A DNA stretch of 64,000 nucleotides from Tubulanus polymorphus. Its lineage: Eukaryota; Animalia; Nemertea. Of this stretch, positions 38,946 through 52,115 are shown piece after piece. The stretch lies in assembly GCF_964204645.1 (NCBI RefSeq), contig NC_134035.1, forward strand, positions 1,240,001-1,304,000, in the 5' to 3' direction. The notes beneath the pieces are model-generated. The model searched no databases. It had not been told where the DNA came from and saw only the letters and a program-made list of their open reading frames with translations. Each line of letters starts with the position of its first letter. The first letter of the stretch is position 1. The position numbers and the translations under genes are program-made.

Positions 38946-39948
38946 CAGGGTTTTCGATTGGCAAAAAAAAAACAAGTTTGATTAATCGATTTGTAGAAGA
39001 CAATACAGTAAAAACTGTTTTTGAAAACCTACATCATCACCGCAGGCATGCGAAAATGGTCTAGATCATTCATCCTCGTATCGATGCAGAAAATTACATA
39101 ACCTTTGAGAACTACAACACCACAACGACGACGAACCAATTCATCCGAATCTATTTTTTTCTCTCGATTTCTTAACGGCTACTCGTAAATTTCCCGCGGG
39201 CGATTCAAACTATACGATACCGTATCGTATGATCGACGTAAAGCGATTTCTTCCACGTTAAAAAATCGGCGTCGATCGAGAAAACGAGGATCGACGACGA
39301 AAAAATCACTTCACATGTAAAGGTAATAATGATGCTTTAGTTCATTCCCGCCGGCGATAAAAATACGAGCGAGATCAAATATCAAAGACAAAGCGGACGG
39401 TTGTAGTTCGGTCGGTAAATGTCACCGTGTAAAGTGCCGAAGGCTGTAGCCCGGACGCCACGAGGCGCACATACTTTTATTTGATTCTATGAGTTTTTAC
39501 GAGATGCAAAGATCACGGCAGAACAGGTTTACACGATGATGAAGATTGACATTCAAATAAATGCTGTTTACCTCTCTCGACTAACCCCTCCTCTCCCTCT
39601 CTTCTCTCTCCCACCTCTCTTCACTCACCCCTCCTCTCTCTCTCTTCTCTCTCCCACCTCTCTTCACTCACCTCTCCTCTCTCTCTTCTCTCTCCACTCT
39701 TTCCTCTCTCCTGTCTCTCCTCACTTTATCGTAATTAATATCTGTGCGAGTCAATCTAATGTAGCCTGACCTGTGACTGACTCAATTACGGATTTCCAAT
39801 AACCGTTCAATTCTAGATCGCAGTTCAATTCAGAGATAATTAAGGTAGTTATTCAACTCAAAGAGATAACTGCTCAACTCAACGAGATTACCCACCTTTA
39901 TATCTACCTATTTAACTTGTTTATGGAAATATTTTTTATCCTTTTGAT

Positions 39949-41207
39949 AGTCAAAAGATCCGACTTGAGCGGAGTCTACTGTACCATCCAACTCAGATAT
40001 CACTATCAAGTCAAAAGATCAGACTTGAGCGGAGTCTACTGTACCATCCAACTCAGATATCACTCTCAAGTCAAAAGATCCGACTTGAGCGGAGTCTACT
40101 GTACCATCCAACTCAGATATCACTATCAAGTCAAAAGATCAGACTTGAGCGGAGTCTACTGTACCATCCAACTCAGATATCACTCTCAAGTTAAAAGATC
40201 CGACTTGAGCGGAGTCTTCTGTACCATCCAACTCAGATATCACTCTCAAGTCAAAAGATCAGACTCGAGCGGAGTCTACTGTACCATCCAACTCAGATAT
40301 CACTCTCAAGTCAAAAGATCAGACTTGAGCGGAGTCTTCGGTACCATCTGACTTAGATATTACTCTCAAGTCAAAAGATCTGACTTGAGCGGAGTCTACT
40401 GTACCATCCAACTCAGATATCACTCTCAAGTCAAAAGATCAGACTTGAGCGGAGTCTTCGGTACCATCTGACTTAGATATTACTCTCAAGTCAAAAGATC
40501 TGACTTGAGCGGAGTCTACTGTACCATCCAACTCAGATATCACTATCGAGTCAATAGATCCGACTTGAGTGGAGTCTACTGTACCATCCAACCCAGATAT
40601 CGCTCAAGTTGGACAAGCCAGACAGTGAGTGGTTAGGTATTGTACCATCCAACTCAGATATCACTCTCAAGTCAATAGATCCGACTAGAGTGAAGTCTAC
40701 TGTATCATCCAACTCAGATATCACTCTCAAGTCAATAGATCCGACTTGAGTGGAGTCTACTGTATCATCCAACTCAGATATCACTCTCAAGTCAAAAGAT
40801 CCGACTTGAGTGGAGTCTACTGTATCATCCAACTCAGATATCACTCTCATGTCAAAAGATCTGACTTGAGCGGAGTCTACTGTATCATCCAACTCAGATA
40901 TCACTCTCAAGTCAATAGATCCGACTAGAGTGAAGTCTACTGGACCAACCCAGATATTACTCAAGTTAGACAAGCCAGACATTGAGTGGTTATGTACGAT
41001 ACTACCCAATTCAGATATCCTTCAAATTGGACAAATATGACATTGAGCTAAGTCTACTAGGCCATCCAACTCTCGGATATCATTCAAGTTGGACAGGTCA
41101 GACACTTGAGTGGTGTGGACTGTACCACCTAATTCAGATATCACTCGAATAAGACAAATCTGACTTTGAGTAGAGTCTACTATATCATCAGACTCAGATA
41201 TCACTCA
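39949..41207. repeat. 60-bp minisatellite, about 21 copies
   Basis: agtcaaaagatccgacttgagcggagtctactgtaccatccaactcagatatcactctca; homogeneous on the left, diverged on the right. Confidence 0.97.
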
Positions 41208-42336
41208 ACTTGAATAACTCTGGAGGTCTGAAAAGAGCAAACACACGTAGACAGTACTTTTAGAGACAGCAGACTCTGTAATAGTCAAATGTCAATATAT
41301 CGCAGGCTTAATATATTAATATCAAAGTTGATCATCGCGATTGACAAACAGTAATAAGTGAAACTTCAAACGGTAGCTGAATTTACAATCGATACTGCTG
41401 CATATGATACTATAATACTATATCAGAGACAGAGATAAATTGAATTATTACACACACACATAGAGCAGTAGCACGGCAGTCATTTCAAGTTTTACAGCAA
41501 CTTCAGACTCGCATCGAATATCAAAAACGCAATCGGTACCTGGCGGCTGATAGACTGGCGTTACAACTAAATACAAGTTTGTTCCATAGTAGTTGAATCT
41601 TCGAAAGATATATCGCTTTTAGCGTTTTTAGAAGCTTAAGGCAGTCTACGTGCGCCGCGCGGCAGCTACACCCACATTCACTCTTAGATTACGATTCAAA
41701 ACAGTCGCTTTATCATTATCATGAAATACGACGGTTTTCAATCGTTGCTAAAAGCTGCCATAAATCGCGCATGGAATTCGTTCTGTTGTTGTTGATGTTT
41801 CAAATGAAAATATGCAACAAGACCCGGTAGAGCTACAGCGCGCCGCAGCACCGGCAGCAACAAATAAACATTCATTAATCAACGTATATCTAATCATCGA
41901 ACGACATAAAAAAAAAGCAGCCCAAAAATTATTCAATTACTTCCGCTCGATGAAACGATGAACACGAAACCATTAAAAACCACCTAGACTCACATTGTGA
42001 TTTACAAGCCGTTCCGAGAAACGAATACCAGTTATACGTATAAATCAGAATATAAACAGAACATCGATATAACTAATCCTCCCTGGATTTGATGACAGGT
42101 TTCAAATTTTGATGATGATCTCATGGTTATACCAAGTCTCTAAATTATGTTGCTCTAAGCATCTGGAATCTGGCATAAATTCCAGGGCGAGGTTTCATAG
42201 ACTGTGTATCAAAGTTATCCCTATGGTTAAATCCTCAATCTGGGTGACAACCACAGACTCAAGTGGTCTGATATGGCGACCAACAGGGACGTTTAGAAGT
42301 TGGTAAACCAAGTCCCCTTGAACTTAATGTCCGAAG

Positions 42337-42578
42337 ACAGGTGGACGATTGGCCACGCATTCAGAAAGCCTACAACCAACATCACCAGACGAGACTTATC
42401 CTGGAACCTTCAAGGCAAGAGAAAAAAAGGAAGTCCTCGAAAGGGACCAGAACCAAGGACTTACTGGCATATGCCAGAACCATGGGCTACTCTCAGCAAG
42501 AGCTGAAGAAATTGGCCAGAGAAAGTGGAAACACCTGGTTAGTGGCCTATGGTCACATTATGAGCGCAAGGCATAAGA
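42337..42578 (+). mobile_element. 3' remnant of an RTE-clade non-LTR retrotransposon ORF
   Basis: Frameshifted translation RWTIGHAFRKPTTNITRRDLSWNLQGKRKKGSP.../DLLAYARTMGYSQQELKKLAR.../WKHLVSGL matches the RTE C-terminal motif W-x-GH-x-LR...W-x-P-x-GKR-x-RGRP...A-x-DR-x-x-W. Confidence 0.8.
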
Positions 42579-44615
42579 AATCTATATTTTTTCACTCATT
42601 CATGTCATCTTTACAAATGCGCAAGTTCAATTTTTTGAGAAACAGCGCCACCTGCTGACATTTCACACATTAACATCACTTTCATGAATATAGAAGTTCA
42701 TCTTTTCCGCTTTTGTTTCCCTGTTCTCCAGGTAAGCGACCAAATATGATTGAGTTCGCAAATTTTATCAACGTCAACATTAATCACCGAGGTTTAAACC
42801 GGAGTTAAATATTTTGGACACTAGCGATAAATTCATGCGTACGCCGATGATATATGTTCAGACGCGTTTCGCCGGTTATAGCCGTTTTAACGCGACCCGG
42901 CGTAATTTGTTTCGTCGACAGACTTAATCTCGCGGAAACGAATTCGATAATTTATCGCCCGGATTAAGACCGGTTTACTTAGGTTCGCGACGCTCGTAAG
43001 ACGCGGCCGATTAAAATATTATCGGGTTTGATTTTCGATATATCTTCGTGACGTCGTTTACCGTCGAGCGTCTTAAAACAGTGTCAAATTTCATACGTTC
43101 GACGAAATCCTTTAAAATATTACGGATTTGCGTCGACACTTTTGCGATTATTCAGAAATTATGAAAAATTCAGGGACCTGTTTCGCAAAAACATGAAATT
43201 TCTTTTAGAATAATGCAACTTTGACTAATGAAACTTTAAGAAGCGGCAAATCTAACGTTCTATTCAAGTGTCACTGATAATATCAGGGTGGCGCCACTTT
43301 CAGCCCATCTACAAATCCCAAAGTTAACCCTGATTTTTCCATGCGGTTGAACAAAATTCCCCTGTGTGAATCTGAGAAATGTCTAGGTTTAAAATGTTAC
43401 GATTCATTCATTTTTCATTTAATCACAAATTGATGAAGAAACACGTAGTAAATAGCATTATGCAAATTCCCTAAATTTACCAGGTTTTTGGTAAAATTGT
43501 CTAAGTTTTCTAAGTTTTTTCTAGATCTTTATGATTCCCTGAATTTTGAATAAGAAGCCACAAATCTGCCAAAGGAGTACGAGTTCTCCATGATAGTTTT
43601 TGATAGACGCTGGAGTTGAACTTCATTGCGGAACAAGGTCCTGCCCTCAAAACGACCAACTAATGAGTCATTCATGTATTCATGTACAGATTAGGGTAGG
43701 GGGTTAGTGCTATAATGCTATAACAGACCGGACTACCTGATATCTCTAATTGTTTCAAGTAGTTTCCATCGAACATTACCAAAATTCGACATCGATAATA
43801 GGAAATGAACTAGAAAAAGTTTCTCATTTCAAGTATTCTGATATTTCTAGCAGCAGTTGAACTCTTACTAAGAGTAGAAAACAATCGGTAGTAGCCCTTA
43901 AAATACCTAATAAATGAATGATCCTCTACTACAAATCTGCACCTGATAGTAACCCAACTACTCTTCTCAAAATTGCACCTGGTACTACCCAGCTACAAGA
44001 GGTTACTATATCGGGGAGCGGGGGTTACAACAACTGATCTACAAACGGCAGGTGCGTGAAGTATAGTTCCTCTCGAGTCTAATGATCTCCGGCGCCCTTG
44101 AACCGACTCCTTAATTCTCCGCGCACCGCAAAACTGTCTATAACGCGAAGAGCATAAAGATCAGTTATAGCAAACAGCAGACGGAAACAATGACGACGAC
44201 CGGACGAAGACTCGAGAAATTCATATAACGATAAATCTCGGTTGCGTTCGTAGGAACGAGTCCCCGGTGCACGGTGCGAACTAATGATAGAAATGGCCTA
44301 CGGAAATTCAATTACGGCCAGTATCGTCGACGCGAGAACCGTTTCGTGGTCATAATCATATAAATCGACGAATAGACTAGAACTAAAGAACCGATGAAGG
44401 TAATGCATGCAGCGAACGCTGTCCAGTTCATTTGTCCGTCCGTCAACAGTCGGTGTCGTGTAAAACAGTTCGAACTACGTCGTCGTCGACGGCGCTAATT
44501 GTATTTGCGTCGGCCGCTGATGGAAAGTGAATTGTCACGATTTATCAGTTCAAAGATCGGCACACGCGGAAACATCGGTGATAAAACACTGAATACAGGC
44601 ATCGTTTCATTTAAC

Positions 44616-44923
44616 AGGGTGACCATACTTTAATTTCGCCTTGCTTTATCCCTGACTATTCCATGACATGCACATTGTTTTCCCTGACTATTCCCTGAGA
44701 TGCACATTGTTTTCCCTGACTTGATCTGCTAAGAATTCAATCAATTAACACAGTCAAATACTGAAATTGTTTATTGTTAATTGATTTTTACGCGCATCTA
44801 TGTGTCTAAACATATTTCCCTGATTTTTAGCTTTTCTACAGAATTTCCCAGACTTTAAAGAAAAGAAATTATTCTAAAATTTCCTGACTTTTCCCTGATT
44901 ACCAGGTAAGTGGCGCCACCTTG
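44616..44923 (+). mobile_element. MITE family C
   Basis: CAGGGTGACCA ... TGGCGCCACCTTG ends, with a short internal tandem duplication. A related element is at about 43284-43545, with a fragment at about 36065-36190. Confidence 0.7.
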
Positions 44924-46280
44924 TTCAACGCCCTTCACTGAACACGAATTAGATGCGTTACCAGGAATTTTCTAGTACACTTCCTTTTACTTGAAAAAGG
45001 GCAACTTTTAGGCGTTACGTTAAAAACTATCGTCAATAGTTCGGTTTAAAGTATTTTTTTCCGCCCGAGGCAAATTCATATCGCGTTAAGTATTCAAACC
45101 GGCTATTGTCGATTTGTTCAATTCGAAAAAAAATCTATTTCTCAAGTCGCACCAACGATTCTTAAGTTAAAAATTCGATGGCCGCGTCTCGTAAATGAAA
45201 AAAATAAAAGCCTAAAACCAACCAAAATAAAAATGAAACGGTTAACGCAGCTTAATGGACGTAAACCATTACGCTTTAACAGAGAACGAAGTGAATTTTA
45301 ATGGCGTCGTTTGTGGCCGTAGTCGACAGGATTGATTTTATAGGCGTGTGAGAGACAGAGTTCTATAAACGAGCGGAATCAATGCGCGCAACGAACTAAC
45401 TATAACTTAAAACATCGTTTCTATTATCGAACCCTCGATACTCGCGTGCTCAAACATCTGAAAAATACAATTCTCGATGAAAAAAATCAAAATCTACCCC
45501 CACAATCGACTGATTATCATTTTCGCTACACCCAATACTGCCGATCTCATCACGCATACACGGACTACTATAGGGATACCAATCATCAAAGGCAACAATT
45601 GAAATTGAATAGCAACGGTGGCCATCTTGAATATCATTATTTCATTAATGCCTCTAGCAGAGAAACTGTGGTTTAGTGGGTGGTAAAAACCTGTGTCATA
45701 TTCACGATGAAATCGTTATAAGCCGGTGGCAAATCACCAGTTTAAACGCGCGTCGACACCCTTACGATTCCGAGGGAGTTTCTAAAGACTTTAAAAACCA
45801 AGCCTCGTTTGGTGTAGATGTTTGTCGGGGGTTAAAACACTTCAAAAGTGATGGTATCGGGAGAACGACTTCGGGGAATAAAACGATGACAATGACATCG
45901 CCGTCGATGACTGCAGCGAATTCGAATCGATAAAAAAGTACTTCGTTTCGGTGCAAAACGCGGGTCGAAGAAACCAGAGACGCGGGCGACGAGTCCAATT
46001 CGACACGACGGCAAAAGTCGATCTAATTAGCACTGTTCGTGTAAGTGTGGATATAATCACGCGCTTCTCGACGCCCCTCTCCTGCCTTGCGGTCGATCGG
46101 GTCAACGTAATCATTATCGTTCACTCATTTATTGAAGTTGTTGTTTCGATAATTGCCATCGGAGTTTAAGACAAATCACTGAAACGGGTTTAGTGTTCAG
46201 GGCTGTCGACCTCCCGATCTAAAGTGTTATCAGTAACCAATCGAAGACCACTTTAATAAGAATATTGATCAATCACTGAA

Positions 46281-46502
46281 AATTAATCAGTAATCAACAG
46301 TAAGACCCTCAGTAACATCTTTCATATTTCTGTTCAAATTAATCAGTAATCAACAGTAAGACCCTCAGTAGCATCTTTCATATTTCTGTTCAAATTAATC
46401 AGTAATCAACAGTAAGACCCTCAGTAACATCTTTCATATTTCTGTACAAATCAATCAGTAATCCAAGGTGGTAAGACCCTCAGTAAAACATATTTCTGTT
46501 CT
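46281..46502. repeat. 56-bp tandem repeat x4
   Basis: aattaatcagtaatcaacagtaagaccctcagtaacatctttcatatttctgttca. Confidence 0.95.
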
Positions 46503-47899
46503 AATGTTAAAAATCTATAACTTCTGGTATTATCATCAGTAACAATTTGAAATTGTGTGAATCAAAACAGACAGACAGACAGACATACATACATACAGAC
46601 AGACATACAGACGACAGACAGACAGCTAATGAAACACGAAATGTCATTCATTTATTAGAAGAATTAAAAAGACAGACAGAATTCTAATAATAAACGTAAC
46701 AACAGAATTCTCATCGATTTATATATATAATGAGTTGTGGTAATACGATGCTATCATATATTCAATAGTATGTTAAATATAGATCGAAAGACAGATCATC
46801 ACTAAAACTAGCGCGGTTTCATAATACTTCAAAATTGATATTCGAGAATTAAATCATCGATATTTGATGCCTAGAAATGCAATTACAGTCTACACACACG
46901 TGATATTTTACAGACGACGGCGGCAACATTGAAGAATCTGTATCGATATTTTTACACAGTATCGACAATTCATTTAGCTATCGACTGAAATCACGCCGTG
47001 CCTAGTTCAGCCGTAATGACGACTACCAGCATTCCTGCACGTAAAAAATTCACCTATCTTTCGTCATGCAAGTGAAACAGGTACCTAAAATAAGGATATG
47101 TCTTGGTAGCAGAATATCACAATAATTCAATATGGCTGCCAGTCAGCCATATTGAGTCCAGCAAGGGATCATCATGCTTTAGGATCGTAGTGGTCATACA
47201 ACCTAGGGGTAGGGTTACCTGTCACCTTGATTGACAGGTAAGGTTACAGACTGTCTAGAATTAACCATGCATATCTTATAAGAACTCTAGATGACCAGTG
47301 GCTGGAGGGTTAAGTATATATTTCTCAATACCCGACCGAGTTGACAGGTGTCTTACAAAATAACTTCAGTAGAATCAATCTTTAGTTGAATGTTAACTTT
47401 TATCGCCAATAACATTGAGTCCGTTAGTTGCTTTGGTTATAGATAATATCAAATGTTAAATATCATCGCCGATAAAATTCAAAATAACTTCATCGATTCG
47501 TACTGTCATAATTTCAGGCGAAAATTGAAATTCTATTTAAAAAGGTTTTCGCTTTATAGAACACGAAACCGATGCTGTTTATAACTGTACGACACACGGT
47601 GAATAACTGAACGCAACGAGTGATTTCCGCGTTGTAAAATATGCCACACGTGGTTCGTTACCGCGACGTCACAATGTAATGAACGCGGTCAAAATAATTA
47701 TCAATCGACCGCGATTGATTCGCGCGTCAAACGCGGCATCGATTTTATTCATCGTCGGTGTCGACGGGTAACACCGACCGACCGACGACGACAACAGGAA
47801 GTTAATAGCAGGCGGTAAATATATAACTACATCCGTTATTAGAATATTGAGCTATAATGAGGTGAGGTTTATAGCTCTGACCAGCGTTCTACAAGTATA

Positions 47900-48245
47900 A
47901 CTGGAGTACAGGTAGCCTTCTCTAAATACCCGAATATGGGTCTGGAGTACAAGTAGCCTTTCTCTAAATACCCGAATATGGGTCTGGAGTACAGGTAGCC
48001 TTCTCCAAATACCGGAGTATGGGTCTGGAGTACAGGTAGCCTTCTCCAAGTACTGGAATAGAGGTAGCGTTCACCAAGAATTGAAGCAGCATCCACTATC
48101 ATTGACTGCAGCCAAATAGTGGAGTTCAGGTAGCTTTCTCAGATTACTGGAGCAGAATCGCTCCAACAACCTTAAACTGACTACAGCTAGTGTTCTCCAA
48201 GTACTGGAGTAGCATCGCTCCAACCTGACAAATACTGGAGCAGCT
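47900..48245. repeat. About 41-bp tandem repeat with a degenerate tail
   Basis: ctggagtacaggtagccttctctaaatacccgaatatgggt x3-4, then shorter variants. Confidence 0.85.
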
Positions 48246-50959
48246 ATGATCATGTAAATTATATCTAAGATAAACAGTGGACTCTAGAATGGATGAACCA
48301 TCAGAAAAATCTGCGCAGAAAGCAATCTCCGGGTAATGGACCTGTAACTATTGTGATGAAGATGTTGGATGAACGGCTCGTAACAACAATAACAAATGAA
48401 CAGAGAGAGGAGAGAGGATCTGAGAGGTGAGAGGAGCTGAGAGAGAGGTAAGAGGAGCTGAGAGTTGCTGAGAGGAGAGAGAGGGAAGTGATCTAGTGAT
48501 CCGATGACTATGTATTTTCAACTCTTGTAGCCTTTAAGCGATATATTAACGCGCCTAATGCATAATTCATCGATGAAAATGGTCGGAAATTCCGTCTTCA
48601 TCGAGGGCAATGACAGAAATGATGTTTATTAATGAAGACTGCCGATGTCAGTAATTTACGCATTTAGTATGTCGAGCGCGCGAGCTAGCCGCGATACCCG
48701 ACAGATTTCTGACCATCATCATCATCACCACCACGGCCGCCGCCGGGTAGAGAGGCATCAGTACAAACAAATATATTCCTCATCACGCCGATTAATGAGA
48801 AAGAAAGTAAAGCGTCGGGCGGACGAGAGAAGATGTGTCCATCTTAACAGGTGTACAGCTGTCCGAGATTAACCGATCAAAATACGCATTACCGATGACG
48901 AGAGCATTGAATCATATACGAACCATCGGCGGACAATAGTCGCCTATATGAAAGCGGATAAAACACCGTATACTCCTCCGAGTAATCATCGGCGCTCCGA
49001 GCGTGATTACACGTACGGGTTTCTCTCGTACCCGTCGTCGATATAAGACTTATTATACCCCTCCGAGGAATAAATAGTGATCTATTGCCTATAAACAATC
49101 TCACTCCGAGGAGAAATGATTACGTCTAGAACGCATAGGAGCTCGCCCCCCCGGAGAGCCCTTAAATCGAAGTTAATAAAATTCTAGTTCGAACAATCGA
49201 CAGTGATTCATTTTTTAAATTTTTTTTTCTATAAAAAAATCAACGCAACTGACGATTCGTTTATAGGCACAAGGGGAACTCTCGTTAACACGGCATTATA
49301 TCAATTTTACGTGGTTATAGTATTATTTCGTCTAAATTAGGATGTTCCTTCAATAACTGGGTTTAATCATAAAGCTGAACATAGCAGCAAAGTGACAATA
49401 ACTGGTTTTCTGCACCCTTTCACTTTCGAATTGAGGGAAATTATAGAAATTGAAAACAAATTCATCGCTCATTCATCGGATTTGAAGCTGATATTATAAT
49501 TGGAGCTAATGGAGAATGTTACTGAAATGGGTGCCTGATATCCCAGATTTTTTTGGAACCATCCTCTTTTTGGCACATAAATGACATCATAAACAAACGA
49601 GGTGTGCGCAAGAGGTCCTACAGCAATTGTATACGTACCCACATCAGTACTACATTCCTGGACGGTGTTTTCACTATACAATGACTTTTGGAAAGTAGGA
49701 TGAACAAAACATACATAAAATCTACTAGTTCAAAGAGACCGTTATATTTCTGTCAGAATTTAACTGTACGTTTAGAAGCCATTAGTGGTCAAATTTGATA
49801 GAACATACATCTTATTAACCGAAGAGATGGGAAATGATAATAATCATAAGAATAACAATTAGCTTATATGGAAAGTAGCAGAAAACCCTAAGTATATATA
49901 TACATACATGAAAACCAAATATAACCATGAACTGTGGAACTGGAACCTGATCTATAAAACCAGCCCCTGGGATCAAAATGTCAGTATCGTCAATAATTAT
50001 CTGTAAATAACTATCTTTTTATATGTAAAATAGTTAAGCATATATTTCTGTAGTCTCTCTCATAAATACAAACGATTGATCAATAATTTGTGACTGCCGT
50101 GATGGCCATTGTGTTCATGTATGTGACTTTCCAATTAAGTCATAAATATTTCAACGAGAAAAAAACCGATGCATCTGATAATTCCTGAATGACGAGAAGG
50201 TCGGCGAGTTCGGGCGTACACACAGTTTATATACGTCTTCAGAATATTCAAAACGGCGTTTTTTTTTATTTTTCTGTCGGGTTACTGCAACTTCCGACGT
50301 ATCAAAGCGCACAAAATAGCTAGAGGCAGAAGCTGACATGATTCAGTCACATTAGGAAGATTTTCTCAGAAAACATCATGCGGAACATGCATACTAAATA
50401 AAAAAAACGCTGATTGCGTAAGCGTAACATTCCTAGAATTGCTGGAACTATATAATACAGCTTCACTACTGATTAAGAAGAAAAATAAAACAAATTCGAT
50501 CAATCTATCAAATTATTAAAAGGGGTAGCAAGATCATCTAACTCGGTGGTTACTATACGTAAACTACTGTATGTGTTTTGATAGCTATATTGCCTGCAAC
50601 TGCTGTTTCGTTAATTGAAAACAATACAAACCATTCATTAAAAACCAAAAACATACTGAATCAAATTTGTACGGGCTAAAAAAAACCTGTGGTTTCTATA
50701 CAAAATCCTCTGAAAAATTATTGGTACTCTGAGAGTGGGTTATAATATACCTCGATGTGCCATTAAGTCGTTATATACTTAATATAAACTAACGAAATAT
50801 TGATCCGTCGCATTTGACGAAAGCCGGATTGCGTTGGCTTTACGGTCGCGGTAATGATCGAACAGCGAGTTGCGTTCAGACGCAACAATGTTTTTAGTTT
50901 ACCGACTTATCGACGTAGAATCGATAGCATCATCGCAGCAGACAGCGGAAGAAAATATT

Positions 50960-51320
50960 CTAGGATGGAGGGAGAGTGGAGAAAAGGAAGGACTGTCTCA
51001 ACATCCCTCAGTTGATCCGTCCGTCAGCAGCAAATAGGAAGAAGAAAGAATGAGGGATGGGGTGAGAATGAAGATCAGGGAAAGGAAAGACTCAGCGTCC
51101 TAACTCAGTTGATCTGCCAGCTGTAGAGAAGAGGAAGAAAGATTGAGGAATGGAGGGAGAGAGAGATGAGGGAAGGCAGAGGAAGGACTGTCTCTACATC
51201 CTAACTTATGTAATGATTCGTCCGCCAGCACTAGAGAAGAGGAAGAAAAAATCAGGGATGGAGGGAGAGGGAAAGAAAAGACTGTCTCTCTGCATCATAA
51301 TAACTCAAATGATCCTTCTG
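50960..51320. repeat. Degenerate purine-rich tandem repeat, about 95-105 bp x4
   Basis: ggatggagggagag...gactgtctc...aactcagttgatc...agaggaagaaa recurring. Confidence 0.7.
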
Positions 51321-51654
51321 GCAGCGATCCTTACCGCAGCATCTCGTAGTCGATCTCGTTTCAGGCAGTATATCAAATCAAGCGATAAAGGCAATTCCAT
51401 CGGTTAATAGAGGTCGATTTGTAACTCATATGTCATCGCGGCAGGTAAATTAAATCATACACGAGGAGACAAACCAACGACGACAATCGGAATGCACTGA
51501 CTTTAATAGACTGTCGTCTAAACAAAGAACCGATCAGAATCATTGTCACGCATGTTATCTAATGGATAAGACTTCCAATAAAAAATGCATTTACTCTTTG
51601 TATAAACTGGTTATGCATTTGCAGCCTAGAACCAACTCCCCCTGAAGATTAGTT

Positions 51655-52115
51655 TGTGTGAGTGCGCTGATAAATATCTAATGTCCTTGTGTTTGTAGTT
51701 CTTCATTTTTCAATCAAAAATGTGACAGGTGAAGAACTGACCAGATGAAAAGTATGGATGAAAAGCTGATAAAATGTCTAATGTCTGGTGTTTGTAGTTC
51801 ATTTTTAAATTGAAAATGTCTCGGATGAAACACTGAACACATATGAAGGGTGGAGGATCAGTTTTTTTGAAAAAGATATCTAATGTCTGGTGTTTATAGT
51901 TCATTTTCAATTGAAATCAGGTGAAGCCCTAATCACATGTGAAGTGCGAAGGATCAGTTTCTGAAAGTGTGCTGATAAAAGGTCTTACATCTGGACAGTG
52001 TTTATTGTTCAATTTCAATCAAAAAAGTCTCTAACCAAAGGCAAACGCTAAGCGTGGATGATCAGTTGTTGAAATGTCTAATATCTCGTGTATCGCCGTT
52101 CATTTCCAATTAAGA
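51655..52115 (+). repeat. Satellite family E, about 4 units
   Basis: gctgataaaatgtctaatgtctggtgtttgtagttcatttt repeated. Confidence 0.85.

Noticed and set aside
39917-41204. ORFs with 20-aa repeats
   Set aside because: Translation of the 60-bp minisatellite; interrupted by stops and frameshifts.
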